Sequence record: NC_030884.1
Strand: one strand, 5' to 3'
DNA: 32,995 nt
Shown: piece by piece, positions 15,844-25,771 of the stretch
Numbering within the stretch: the first letter of the stretch is position 1
How the letters are laid out: the number at the start of each line of letters is the position of its first letter
The notes under the pieces: model-generated
Told to the model about the DNA's origin: nothing
Seen by the model: the letters and a program-made list of their open reading frames with translations, nothing else
Database searches by the model: none
Translations under genes and position numbers: made by a program

Positions 15844-16308
15844 ATGAATCCAAAATATGAAGTTGAAGAAGTAAAAAATAAAGAATTAATAAAATTAGTA
15901 AGAATGTTAATTGACTATTATCATATTCAGGGAATGGTAAAAGGCGGTGGAGCTGGAAGAAATAGTAGATATTTTATATATCTTCAAAAAGAAGAAGACA
16001 AGAAATATATTGTAGCAGTAGCTTGGTTACACGATAATACACCATTCCGTTTTATTGCACAACAATATAATATTCCAAACGACAGATCTTATTTTATTAG
16101 AAGAGTTACAAAAACTGCTCCAGGAGATCATTTAGTGAATTTTCTAAATGATTTATCTGAGAAATTGAAGAATGACGGTTTTGAAGTTCTATGGACTTTA
16201 GGACTACCAGATCATAGTAACGCTTTATACAAGAAAGCTGGATTTAAATTAGTAGGACAAACTAGTAGGACAAAACATGAAGTTTATGTAAAATATCTAA
16301 ATAAGTGA
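15844..16308 (+). CDS. GNAT-family acetyltransferase
   Basis: FIRRV..PG and NALYKKAGFKLVG (GNAT motif B-like). Confidence 0.8.
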   Translation: MNPKYEVEEVKNKELIKLVRMLIDYYHIQGMVKGGGAGRNSRYFIYLQKEEDKKYIVAVAWLHDNTPFRFIAQQYNIPNDRSYFIRRVTKTAPGDHLVNFLNDLSEKLKNDGFEVLWTLGLPDHSNALYKKAGFKLVGQTSRTKHEVYVKYLNK

Positions 16309-16314
16309 TAGAAA

Positions 16315-16680
16315 ATGAACATTAGGCAATCTGGTAAGTATTATGAATATAAAACTTTAGAAATTCTTGAACAAAATGGATTTAAAGCGTTAAGAATTCC
16401 AACTTCTGGAACTGGAAAACAAGCAATTCCAGATCTTATAGCGACAAAAGACAATACAATTTATCCAATTGAAGTAAAGTCAACTTCAAAAGATTTAATA
16501 ACTATTAAGAAATTTCAAATTGAAAAACTTTTCAAATTTTGTGAAATTTTCGATTTCTGTAATTGTCAACCATTAGTAGCTATTCATTACAAAAAATATA
16601 AAACTGTCATAGTTTATACTTTGTCTCAAGATGTCAGAAACAAGGAAAAAATCAAATTTAAATACGGAATTAACAGCTAA
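16315..16680 (+). CDS. hjc: Holliday junction resolvase (archaeal Hjc family)
   Basis: GKYYE..L..NGF..LRIPTSG, PDLIA, IEVKST PD-(D/E)xK motifs. Confidence 0.95.
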   Translation: MNIRQSGKYYEYKTLEILEQNGFKALRIPTSGTGKQAIPDLIATKDNTIYPIEVKSTSKDLITIKKFQIEKLFKFCEIFDFCNCQPLVAIHYKKYKTVIVYTLSQDVRNKEKIKFKYGINS

Positions 16681-16840
16681 ATTGTATTTAGCTCTAGATG
16701 ATCTAACTATGGCTTTAGCAACAGAAGATAAAGAAGAAGTTAGAAAATCTGAAGTATTTCAAAAAGCTTTAGAAGTTGTAAAAGTTGTAAAAGAAATGAG
16801 AAGATTACAAGTTAAACCTGTTGAAGGTGAAGAAAAATGA
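16631..16840 (+). CDS. 69-aa helical hypothetical protein
   Basis: Own GTC promoter inside hjc (16594..16611); ATGA-coupled to acrIII-1. Confidence 0.75.
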   Translation: MSETRKKSNLNTELTAKLYLALDDLTMALATEDKEEVRKSEVFQKALEVVKVVKEMRRLQVKPVEGEEK

Positions 16841-17181
16841 ATAAAAATTATTTAGCAAATGCATTCTCAATAAATATGTTATCTAAATTTCCAATAAAAG
16901 TTACAATTGATAAAATTGACAGATTAGAATTTTGTACAAATATTGATAATGAAGAAATAATAAATGCAATTGGACATGATTCAACAGTTCAACTAATAAA
17001 TTCATTATGTGATACAAAATTTGAGAAAAATAGGATAGAAATTAAATTAGACAAAAGAGACAAACTATATATTGTGCAAATTTCACAAAGATTAGAAGAA
17101 GGAAAAATATTAACGCTAGAAGAAATATTGAAATTGTACGAAACTGGAAAAGTTCAATTTTTCGAGATAATTGTAGACTAA
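16837..17181 (+). CDS. acrIII-1: AcrIII-1 viral ring nuclease (DUF1874; degrades cA4)
   Basis: [17 protein letters not shown] (catalytic GH), [14 protein letters not shown] match recalled SIRV1 gp29. Confidence 0.95.
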   Translation: MNKNYLANAFSINMLSKFPIKVTIDKIDRLEFCTNIDNEEIINAIGHDSTVQLINSLCDTKFEKNRIEIKLDKRDKLYIVQISQRLEEGKILTLEEILKLYETGKVQFFEIIVD

Positions 17182-17494
17182 TAAGTCAAATAAAATTTTT
17201 TTCATCTTTTTGGAATTACGCATTTGGGTTAACTCTTTTATGCTAAAATTTTTTAATATATAAATGTTTTTACGCCGTTATTTTGCGTAAATTATCGTTA
17301 GAAAAGTAAAAATTTGTGTGAGTTAAAAGTTTAAAAAGATTTCTTGTAAATTATCGACTCTCATTTATATACTTGTCATTACAATTTTTCAGCAGATGAA
17401 TGCAAAAAAGTAACAAACGAAAAATTGAAAGAACTTTTAGTTTTGTATTTTTTTAGTAATGTTTATAATTTTGAAAAGAAACAATTTAATCAAT

Positions 17495-20400
17495 ATGAGT
17501 TTTCTATTGAATTTAGGTGAGTTAGGAACATTCTTTGCAGATGAAATTGAAAATTTGGAAAATTTCACAAACTGGATATCTAGTGATTTTATAAATTTTA
17601 TTAATGCAATAGTTAATGATATCAAAAATATTACAAGTTTCCTAGGACAAGCAATTTCCGATATTCCTACTTTTATGACAAATATTGCAACTAATTTCTT
17701 AACAATTTTACAGAATTTTGTACAAACTGCAATTTCTACAATTCAAGGATTTGTTTCATGGTTTGAACAACAAGTTGTAGGAGCTTTTGAATTTCTATCC
17801 TCAATTGCGTCTGATTTCATAAATTCAGCATATTCATTTTTCCAAAATGTAGCTAACGCATTTGCACAAATTATATCAGGAGTAATTTCCGATTTTCTGA
17901 ACTTTTTCGGAGCTAATATGAAACATATTTCTAATGCAATTTCTCAACTTACTCAATTTTTATCACCATTTATTGCTCCAATTACAATTGGAAAATTCTT
18001 ACCAGTTATTGTAGATAAATTAGCTGAAATTTTACCAGAAATAGAAATAGATTTAGCTCCAGTTGGATTAGGCGGAAAAATTCCAATTAAATTTGGAGAA
18101 ATTATAAAAGCTTTTGCAGAAACTTCAGTAGATTTTTTAAATGAAATAAGAACTGAACTTGCTATAACTTTAAAAGAATTTATAAAAGAACCATTTATTT
18201 CAGATTTTAAAATTACAGCGAGAGAAATATTTAATGAAATTGGTTTGGGCGATTTGCCATTTGCAGATCCGCCATTTGTACAAATTGGAAGATGGGTAGC
18301 TGTAAGGTCTTTTGAAGAAATTAAAGATCACTTAAAAGAAACAATATTGCTAACTGGTTATCCAGCTTGGTTTACTAATGCTTATCTAGAACCTCCAGTT
18401 AATGATTTCGCTCCTAAAAATCCATTATTTAGACCTGTAGGAATTCGCGATCTAATCTTAGGGACACAATATGGAATTTTAAACATTTCAGATCTTGAAA
18501 AATATGCATATAACAATTTATTAACTCCAAAAACTGCAAAATTAATGTATCAAAACCAAACTGCTAGACTTTTACAAAGAACTGTAGAGCAAGGGATTCG
18601 ACAATTTATTATTACTCCTCAAAAAGCTTATGAAGAAATAATTCAAAATGTTAATTTAACTGGTAAAGAATTATTTCTAAAAACTTTCACATTAGAATAT
18701 GAATATGCAGTTCAGAGAATTGTTAGACAATTTTTAAGATCATTATTATCTAGAGCTTTATCAAATTTTGGAAGACCGTACCTTGATTTTAAATATTTAG
18801 ATGATACAATTGCTAAATTATTTAAAGATCTAGGATATCCAGAAGAAGTAAGAACAGTTTTCGATACTATGATCACACAATCTCAGTTAATTTATACTAA
18901 TCAACTTCTATTAAGACAATTACAACAAATCGTTAGGTTAGGAATTTTTGATCAGAAAAAGATTAAAGAAGAATTGAAAGCTAATAAATTTAATGAACAA
19001 ATAGCATTACAAATTTTAGAAAGTGAATTACAATTTGCACAATTGCAAAATATACTAAAAGAATATCAATTCAAACTTAAAAGTTTTCTAATTTCTCCAA
19101 GAGATTTAGAAAAAGATCTAAAACATATTGGATTTGATTCTGCAATTATTTCAGCTTTGATTTACGAAAATCAAACAGAACAACTTATAAAGTTTCAATT
19201 ATCAAATCTAGAAAGTTTAGCGAAAAAAGGCTATTTATCTTTAGATGAAATCAAAAAGCAATTTAAAGCAATTGGAATAATAAAAGAATATGAAGATGCA
19301 TTTATAAACTTTATAAATCAAGAATTACAAATATCTGCATTTTTGACAATTTTAAAGAGTCAATTAAGACAATTCCAAATAGATTCAAAAATTGCAGAAG
19401 TAGAATTGAAGAAATTGAATATTAATGAATATCTGCTAAATCAGATAATTCAAGAAGAATATAACATAAATATCGCAAAACTACAATTAAGCGTAATTGA
19501 AACAATTGCGAAAACTTTATACTATGATCAACAACAATTATCTGGAGAATTAGGAAAAATAGTAAAAGATAAAACAGCTCTTGATTTATATAATCAAAAG
19601 TTTTATTACGAATACATATATCCAAAAATTATTAATTATCATCTCCAATTGGCTAGACATGGAATTCTTTCAGATATTTCAAAATTACCAAAAGAAGTTA
19701 TAGAATATGAAATTAAGCCTGCATTATTGACTTATCAAACTACGCTAGAAATTGAGTATATAAAAGAATCATTAAAAGATTTGGAAATTAAGCCAGATAA
19801 CGCAATAAATGAACTAGAGAAATTAGGAATGCAGAAAGATATAGCTCAATTAATTGTAAATACTTATATTCCGACATTTTATAACGTACATACAATAATT
19901 CAAAATGTTATAGAAGGTCAATTATATAAAGTCGGGAAAGTTCCAATAAATCTAGGAAATGCAGAAAGTGAACTAAGAAAACTAGGAATTCCTGATAATC
20001 AAATAAAGATTCTTCTAGAACAATATGCTAGTACTTTTGGTCTTGAAATTTGGAGAAGACATTTGCCTTCAATTTCCATAATTGAAAATGCAATAAAGTA
20101 CAATTATCTAGATCAAAAATTAATAGAATATAGCTTTATCCCATCTGAATTATTGAATTTGTATGTAAACTATTATCAACATTTACTAGTAGCACAAGAA
20201 GTACAATCTTTCAAATCTGAATACATAACTGCATTAATTTATAATTATCAGAATTTACAATTTGAAAGTTTGTTAAAACAATATGGAATTAATGAAGCAT
20301 TATTAAATGTAATAAAATTATTTGCACAAGTAAGAAAAATTGTGACAGGCTTACAAGAACTATATCTAACGCCGACAAAAGCACTTTCAATTAGCGAATA

Positions 20401-20671
20401 TGTATCAAATCCACAACAATTACTACAGAAAGTATTTACAGAATTCCAGATTCCGCAAGAGTTACAAAATACATATTTTGAATATGCAAGAAATAGAAGA
20501 GTTAGCAGATATGTTAATGAAATAATTACTACAATTAGCTTACTATTTGAGAAACATAAAATAGATCTTAATACTGCACAATCTTATCTTCAACAATTGA
20601 AGAAATATGGATTAACTGATGAAGAAATTCAATTGATAACACTCAATTGGCAATTAAGAAGTGCTTACTAA
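17495..20671 (+). CDS. Terminal (tail) fibre protein, SIRV ORF1070 family; start 17459 or 17495
   Basis: Largest ORF, amphipathic N-terminus and helical repeats; size and position match the recalled fibre protein. Confidence 0.88.
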   Translation: MSFLLNLGELGTFFADEIENLENFTNWISSDFINFINAIVNDIKNITSFLGQAISDIPTFMTNIATNFLTILQNFVQTAISTIQGFVSWFEQQVVGAFEFLSSIASDFINSAYSFFQNVANAFAQIISGVISDFLNFFGANMKHISNAISQLTQFLSPFIAPITIGKFLPVIVDKLAEILPEIEIDLAPVGLGGKIPIKFGEIIKAFAETSVDFLNEIRTELAITLKEFIKEPFISDFKITAREIFNEIGLGDLPFADPPFVQIGRWVAVRSFEEIKDHLKETILLTGYPAWFTNAYLEPPVNDFAPKNPLFRPVGIRDLILGTQYGILNISDLEKYAYNNLLTPKTAKLMYQNQTARLLQRTVEQGIRQFIITPQKAYEEIIQNVNLTGKELFLKTFTLEYEYAVQRIVRQFLRSLLSRALSNFGRPYLDFKYLDDTIAKLFKDLGYPEEVRTVFDTMITQSQLIYTNQLLLRQLQQIVRLGIFDQKKIKEELKANKFNEQIALQILESELQFAQLQNILKEYQFKLKSFLISPRDLEKDLKHIGFDSAIISALIYENQTEQLIKFQLSNLESLAKKGYLSLDEIKKQFKAIGIIKEYEDAFINFINQELQISAFLTILKSQLRQFQIDSKIAEVELKKLNINEYLLNQIIQEEYNINIAKLQLSVIETIAKTLYYDQQQLSGELGKIVKDKTALDLYNQKFYYEYIYPKIINYHLQLARHGILSDISKLPKEVIEYEIKPALLTYQTTLEIEYIKESLKDLEIKPDNAINELEKLGMQKDIAQLIVNTYIPTFYNVHTIIQNVIEGQLYKVGKVPINLGNAESELRKLGIPDNQIKILLEQYASTFGLEIWRRHLPSISIIENAIKYNYLDQKLIEYSFIPSELLNLYVNYYQHLLVAQEVQSFKSEYITALIYNYQNLQFESLLKQYGINEALLNVIKLFAQVRKIVTGLQELYLTPTKALSISEYVSNPQQLLQKVFTEFQIPQELQNTYFEYARNRRVSRYVNEIITTISLLFEKHKIDLNTAQSYLQQLKKYGLTDEEIQLITLNWQLRSAY

Positions 20672-20746
20672 CAATTTCTAAACATCATATACATTATATA
20701 TTTTATATAGTGTATGGGTTACGTTATCACATGCAAAACAACTCAT

Positions 20747-20764
20747 ATACATTATATAATGTAT
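20747..20764. promoter_or_regulatory. Perfect 18-bp palindrome ATACATTATATAATGTAT
   Basis: Upstream of the minor structural genes; a 16-bp direct copy TCATATACATTATATA also lies at 20685..20700. Confidence 0.7.
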
Positions 20765-20807
20765 TAGATTTGATTTTTTATTTACCGCATTTTTGATATA
20801 TTATATC

Positions 20808-22505
20808 ATGCCTTTGCCATACAAGATGAGTTACAAATTACCGTTAGAATATCTATCATTACAAGACTGGAACAACTTTGTTCAGAATTTAATATTTATA
20901 AATCAATACGGTACAGCTAAATTATTACAATATTATCAAAATGGTAATTTTCAAAATCTAAAAGATGTATTTGCAAAATATTTATATGTAGCACAATTGA
21001 AAGTTAATGGATATAATGTATTATATAATTTGGCAAAACCACTAGCGTATACTTTTGGAAATGTTTTTCAAGAACTCGCAAATAGACCTACCGTCGAATT
21101 ATCTGAAGTTATTGTTCCGCCTCCTTCACTTAGCTATAATATAAATTATAAATTACCAACTATAAAAAAGCAAATAGAAGTATTAATTCCTAATTTAATT
21201 TCTAAAATTGTAATTCCTAACGTCATAGCCGGCACACAATTTATATTTTCTGGAAATTCGAATTTAGCACAACTAACATCTCAATATTTACAATCTGGAT
21301 ATCTTCAAACTTGGAGAAGTATAACATTACAAAATTTAGGAAATAATTCAATTCAAATAAATAATTCGATTTATTTAATGCCTAAACAATGTTTGAAAAT
21401 TACAGTTTCAAATCCGCAAGAAGTACAAATTTCAGCACAAAATCCTACTTTGGTAAGTGAATTAATTGAATTTGGTGCAATACTAATTACTGCTTATACA
21501 ATTACAATTACAAATTCTCAACCTGATCCAACTTCAAGTCCATTTCAACAATTGCTAATTTTGAATTTATCAAACATAATTTCTAGTCCTTCACAATTAC
21601 TTAATTTACAATTTTGCTTAGATTCTCAGTGTCAAACGCCATTATATGCTTGGATTGAAAGTTATAATTCCAATTTATCAAACGTTTATATCTGGATTAA
21701 TTTACCAATTTCAATTCCCGCAAATTCTTCAATTACAATTTATATGTTTGTAAGAAATTCAATTCAATATCCTTATACTGGACTGAGATCGGATTTATCT
21801 CAGACTTATGCACAATATGATAATGGAAAAAATGTATTCTTAATTTATTTTAACGGAAATGAACCATTATCAAATTTTGATACTTTTGGAAATACAATTC
21901 AACAAATTTCTACAACTGGGCCATTAGGAAATCAAATAAATGCAATATATTTATCTGGATATTCAAATAATGTTGGATTTGTTTATATTGGAAAAAGTGT
22001 ACCAAATCAACCAGTAATTGCAGAATCTTCAACAATAGACCTAGGAAATCAAGCTGGAGGATTAGGAGCTAATAACGGTATGGCGGGAATTGCAGATAAT
22101 ACAAATACATCTTCTATAAATGCAATTGGAGTAACTATGGGATATAGTAACTCATATTTTTCTCAATCATATTATATAAATGGCAGTGAAACTAATGATT
22201 TAAATCAACAAGGTAGTGCAGTTTCACAGTGGGTTTATGCATGGGTTTATTATTACGGATCTTCAGCTAGTTCATGGTATGGATGTATAGCTCCACAATT
22301 CTATAGTTCTGCCGGCGGATATTGTGGAACAGTTAATAATAACCCACTTTCTAGTTCTACACAATTATATTTAAGTGCTATTGGTTCTGTTAGCTCAGGC
22401 TTTTGGTGGCAAACAGCTTGGAATTTCATGAGAATGAGGACTTATCCGCCTAACGGCGTAATGCCGTCTAACACAAATCCTCAATTAACTGCAATTTATA
22501 GTTAG
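20808..22505 (+). CDS. Minor virion protein (SIRV ORF562/564 family) with DUF2341-like/lectin-like C-terminal domain
   Basis: PFQQLLILNL..PLYAWIESYN..IWINLP.SIPANSSITIYM resembles DUF2341; ATG 20808 or 20826 more plausible than TTG 20793. Confidence 0.75.
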   Translation: MPLPYKMSYKLPLEYLSLQDWNNFVQNLIFINQYGTAKLLQYYQNGNFQNLKDVFAKYLYVAQLKVNGYNVLYNLAKPLAYTFGNVFQELANRPTVELSEVIVPPPSLSYNINYKLPTIKKQIEVLIPNLISKIVIPNVIAGTQFIFSGNSNLAQLTSQYLQSGYLQTWRSITLQNLGNNSIQINNSIYLMPKQCLKITVSNPQEVQISAQNPTLVSELIEFGAILITAYTITITNSQPDPTSSPFQQLLILNLSNIISSPSQLLNLQFCLDSQCQTPLYAWIESYNSNLSNVYIWINLPISIPANSSITIYMFVRNSIQYPYTGLRSDLSQTYAQYDNGKNVFLIYFNGNEPLSNFDTFGNTIQQISTTGPLGNQINAIYLSGYSNNVGFVYIGKSVPNQPVIAESSTIDLGNQAGGLGANNGMAGIADNTNTSSINAIGVTMGYSNSYFSQSYYINGSETNDLNQQGSAVSQWVYAWVYYYGSSASSWYGCIAPQFYSSAGGYCGTVNNNPLSSSTQLYLSAIGSVSSGFWWQTAWNFMRMRTYPPNGVMPSNTNPQLTAIYS

Positions 22506-22514
22506 TGATCTAGA

Positions 22515-24464
22515 ATGTCTTCTAATCTAGTTACTACTAGTTCATCAACTCAATCATTAACTCAATCATCAAATCAATATTCATATCCAATATCAACTTG
22601 TTATCCAATTACTTCATTTAGTAAATTACTGAATAAAATAGCGAAACAATCTTTAATTTCTTCACAACTTTGGAATGAAATAGTTCAAGATCTTTATACT
22701 GCATACTCAGTTTACAAATATATAAATACTTCATTTCAATATCTATTACAATATCAATTTTCATATGGAAATATATATACTCTTTATGATTTATTTAAAG
22801 ATATGTATTTTTATATTTCAAATTTAAAGCCATATCCATTTATTCCATTAATTCAAGCTAGACCTGGACTGCCTTTAACTATAGAATATATGAATAATTT
22901 AATAAAAGCAATTATAAAATTAGCAAATGAAAATAATATAGCATTAGCAAAATCTTTAAACTTTGTTCAGCCTAATGAAATTGTTAAATCTAGAAAATTT
23001 AACGATATCATATACACAGTTAAACAATTCCTAACTTTTGATTTTAATACTTATTTTCTATTAGATTGTTATGGTTCAATATTCAGTAATTTAGTAAATT
23101 CAAAATCGGCATTTTTAAATGTATTAATTTATAATCTTCAATATCCTATTAATGCTAATAATACATATATCAAAAATTTGATTATATATCAATTAGATAA
23201 TACTATATATCTTAATGGTTATTCAATTATTAATGATTTTCTAATTGGAACAAATAATGGAACTATTGTTTTAAATGATAACGCAATTATAGAAAATTTA
23301 ATATGTAGACAAAATTATGGAGAAATATTGATAAATGGAAATGCAATTATAATAAATAATAAATGTTTTACAGCATTATTTTCAACTACACTTCAACAAA
23401 CACTTCCAGATTCCATTTCCTTAAATGCTAGATACTTCTTACCTCCGAATAAAATAGTATTTCAATTAACTCCAGGAAGCACAGGTGATTACGCAGTATT
23501 AATAAATCCAGATGGTTCTGTTTCTGTATTACCTGATAATACTACGATAAATTCCAATACAGATTACAGTAATATAACCGGTTATTCTACGGTACCTGGT
23601 CTTATTGCATTTGGAGGCGGAGAAGAAGCTTATAATCCTTGGTCTCCATGTGCGGAACCATGTTCACCATATGTCGCATTTTACAATACTTCAACTCAAC
23701 AATTGTCAATTTTCAAAATTCCTGGTGGAAGTTGTGATAATATGAATACTTCATCAATTGTTAAAGGTAATAGTAATGATATAATAGCAATAGGTGGCGC
23801 TAACCCAGGATCTTTAACTGGTGGAACTGGATATGTAATTTTTAACTCATCATTATCACCATATTTATATGGAACATTTGCACTTACAGATTCAGCTGGT
23901 AATTCGTTATATTTATATAGAATGCCCAAAATAACTGTTGGAAACAATCTTTATTTAATAGCTGGAATTAATAATTCTAATACTATTGCAATAGAATATG
24001 TTCCATTACAACTTCTATATACCAACGGGCATAGTTATGCTAATGTATTATGTAACAGTGAAACTATAACTCCAAATTATATAACAACTATTACAAATGA
24101 TTTTAACTATGAAGGAATATTATCTATATATACAGACGGTACAAATATTTATTTTGTATATTATTCAACTAATGGATATGTAAAATTAGTAATATTTGAC
24201 ACATTCACGAATACTGTCATATCTATTAAACAATTAATTCAATTATCAAATAATAGTTCAACTTTTACTATCGCTAACGGATACGTATATGTATCCGTAC
24301 AACAAACGAATTCATTTACTGTATATAAATTTGATTTAAATGGAAATTTAATAACATCAAAAAGTTTTACAGGAACTGGATTTATAGATATGAATGGATA
24401 TATAGTACAGTTTACAAATGGACTAAATGCAGGTTCTAAAATTTTAGTTTATCCGCCGTTCTAA
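22515..24464 (+). CDS. 649-aa probable virion/receptor-binding protein (helical N-terminus, beta-helix-like repeats, beta-rich C-terminus)
   Basis: Operonic with the upstream structural gene; Asn/Ser/Thr/Tyr-rich with many N-x-S/T sequons. Confidence 0.7.
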   Translation: MSSNLVTTSSSTQSLTQSSNQYSYPISTCYPITSFSKLLNKIAKQSLISSQLWNEIVQDLYTAYSVYKYINTSFQYLLQYQFSYGNIYTLYDLFKDMYFYISNLKPYPFIPLIQARPGLPLTIEYMNNLIKAIIKLANENNIALAKSLNFVQPNEIVKSRKFNDIIYTVKQFLTFDFNTYFLLDCYGSIFSNLVNSKSAFLNVLIYNLQYPINANNTYIKNLIIYQLDNTIYLNGYSIINDFLIGTNNGTIVLNDNAIIENLICRQNYGEILINGNAIIINNKCFTALFSTTLQQTLPDSISLNARYFLPPNKIVFQLTPGSTGDYAVLINPDGSVSVLPDNTTINSNTDYSNITGYSTVPGLIAFGGGEEAYNPWSPCAEPCSPYVAFYNTSTQQLSIFKIPGGSCDNMNTSSIVKGNSNDIIAIGGANPGSLTGGTGYVIFNSSLSPYLYGTFALTDSAGNSLYLYRMPKITVGNNLYLIAGINNSNTIAIEYVPLQLLYTNGHSYANVLCNSETITPNYITTITNDFNYEGILSIYTDGTNIYFVYYSTNGYVKLVIFDTFTNTVISIKQLIQLSNNSSTFTIANGYVYVSVQQTNSFTVYKFDLNGNLITSKSFTGTGFIDMNGYIVQFTNGLNAGSKILVYPPF

Positions 24465-24941
24465 TCATAATTTACAAAATACAAATTCTCTATTATCATC
24501 AGTTATAAAAGTTAGAATTGTTCCATATAATTTTCTCAACAAATCAAATCTATTCTCTGTCCAATCATGAATTGCTATACAATATTGTTTGTACTTTTGT
24601 AATTTAGAAAAATCTAGATTTTTTTCGCAACCTTCACAATCCATAATGAAAATATCACTGTCAGGATATTCGTTACTTTTCCATTCCTCATGAATTTCAA
24701 CTTTATCACAAATCTTGAATTCTTTACAAATTTTTTCTTTAAAAATTTGATTTAGTTTCTCTTCTTTTTCAAATCCAATTATCTTTTTAGCACCTTTTAA
24801 AAGAAAATATAAAGCAGAACTACCACAGTCATTACCAATTATTGTAATTGTTTTATCTTTAACATCTAATTTTGAATAAGCATATTCGAATTCTCTCCAA
24901 TAACAACACTGTAATTTACAAAAATAATCATCAAAATTCAT
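24465..24941 (-). CDS. SAM-dependent methyltransferase (FkbM-like)
   Basis: Motif I ITIIGNDCGSSALYF, acidic GFEKE, IMDCEGCE (FkbM-type xDxEGxE). Confidence 0.8.
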   Translation of the reverse strand: MNFDDYFCKLQCCYWREFEYAYSKLDVKDKTITIIGNDCGSSALYFLLKGAKKIIGFEKEEKLNQIFKEKICKEFKICDKVEIHEEWKSNEYPDSDIFIMDCEGCEKNLDFSKLQKYKQYCIAIHDWTENRFDLLRKLYGTILTFITDDNREFVFCKL

Positions 24942-25771
24942 GTTTGAACTACCTCAAATAGAGCATAAACTTTACATTTTCCAGTTGCCCAAGCGTAAAC
25001 ATTAGCTGGATTTCTAACATGAAATTCTAAACTATCACCGGGCAAGATTGGAAAACTGTTGTACAATTGATTACCAATATAAACTACATAATTACTCAAA
25101 TTCTGGAGAATTATCCTAACAGTTTCTAATGTTGAACCGCTATAAAGTGGAGAAGGAACTGTCGATAAATTAATTTGTAAACCTTCTATAGTTGGAGGAG
25201 ATAAATATAATGTTAATTTATTTAAAGTATTAGCTAATCCGACAGTAGCTAAATAGAAATATGTAAATGTATAAGCTACAAAATCTGCAATTTGATAAAG
25301 TGTAATTGTTGTAGATTTTTGTAATTGTTTAACTTGTGAAACTAAAGAATAAAATAAATCAGAAACAGATTTATAAATTAAATCTGAAATAGTTCTATAT
25401 AAATTTGTATATAAATCATATGAAATTTGTTTTGGTAATTTAGAAATAGAATAATAAAGTTGTTGATTTGAATATAGAATTTGATTTATTTGTTGATTTG
25501 CAGTTGAGATAAATCCAGCTATATAAATTGGATCTTGTTCTGTAAGAACTGGTTGACCAGAAACATAGACTTCATTTTTGAAAAATCCAGCTAATGCATT
25601 TACGCTATTCGGGATATATAAATTTCCATTTTGTAGAATTGAAGTTAATGAATTTCCACCGGTTTCATAGAGTTGATATAGAAGTAATGTAGCAGTGTTC
25701 CACATGCTAGAAGTTAGTCTTTGGAATGGACTAGCTAAAAGTGAAGAAATTGAAGTATAAGTTACACTCAT
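24938..25771 (-). CDS. 277-aa hypothetical, probable virion-associated protein
   Basis: Shares LTSSMWN and ILQNL..NP modules with the 20808 and 22515 proteins; ATGA-coupled to the methyltransferase. Confidence 0.72.
   Translation of the reverse strand: MSVTYTSISSLLASPFQRLTSSMWNTATLLLYQLYETGGNSLTSILQNGNLYIPNSVNALAGFFKNEVYVSGQPVLTEQDPIYIAGFISTANQQINQILYSNQQLYYSISKLPKQISYDLYTNLYRTISDLIYKSVSDLFYSLVSQVKQLQKSTTITLYQIADFVAYTFTYFYLATVGLANTLNKLTLYLSPPTIEGLQINLSTVPSPLYSGSTLETVRIILQNLSNYVVYIGNQLYNSFPILPGDSLEFHVRNPANVYAWATGKCKVYALFEVVQT

Noticed and set aside
17396-17454. Short upstream ORFs (5 and 18 codons) in the fibre-gene leader
   Set aside because: Too short and compositionally unremarkable; no support for function
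17437-17625. 62-aa minus-strand ORF
   Set aside because: Shadow of the fibre gene start
19422-19625. 67-aa minus-strand ORF
   Set aside because: Shadow of the fibre gene
23696-23947. 83-aa minus-strand ORF
   Set aside because: Shadow of the 649-aa gene; open frame explained by Gly/Ser/Asn codon bias
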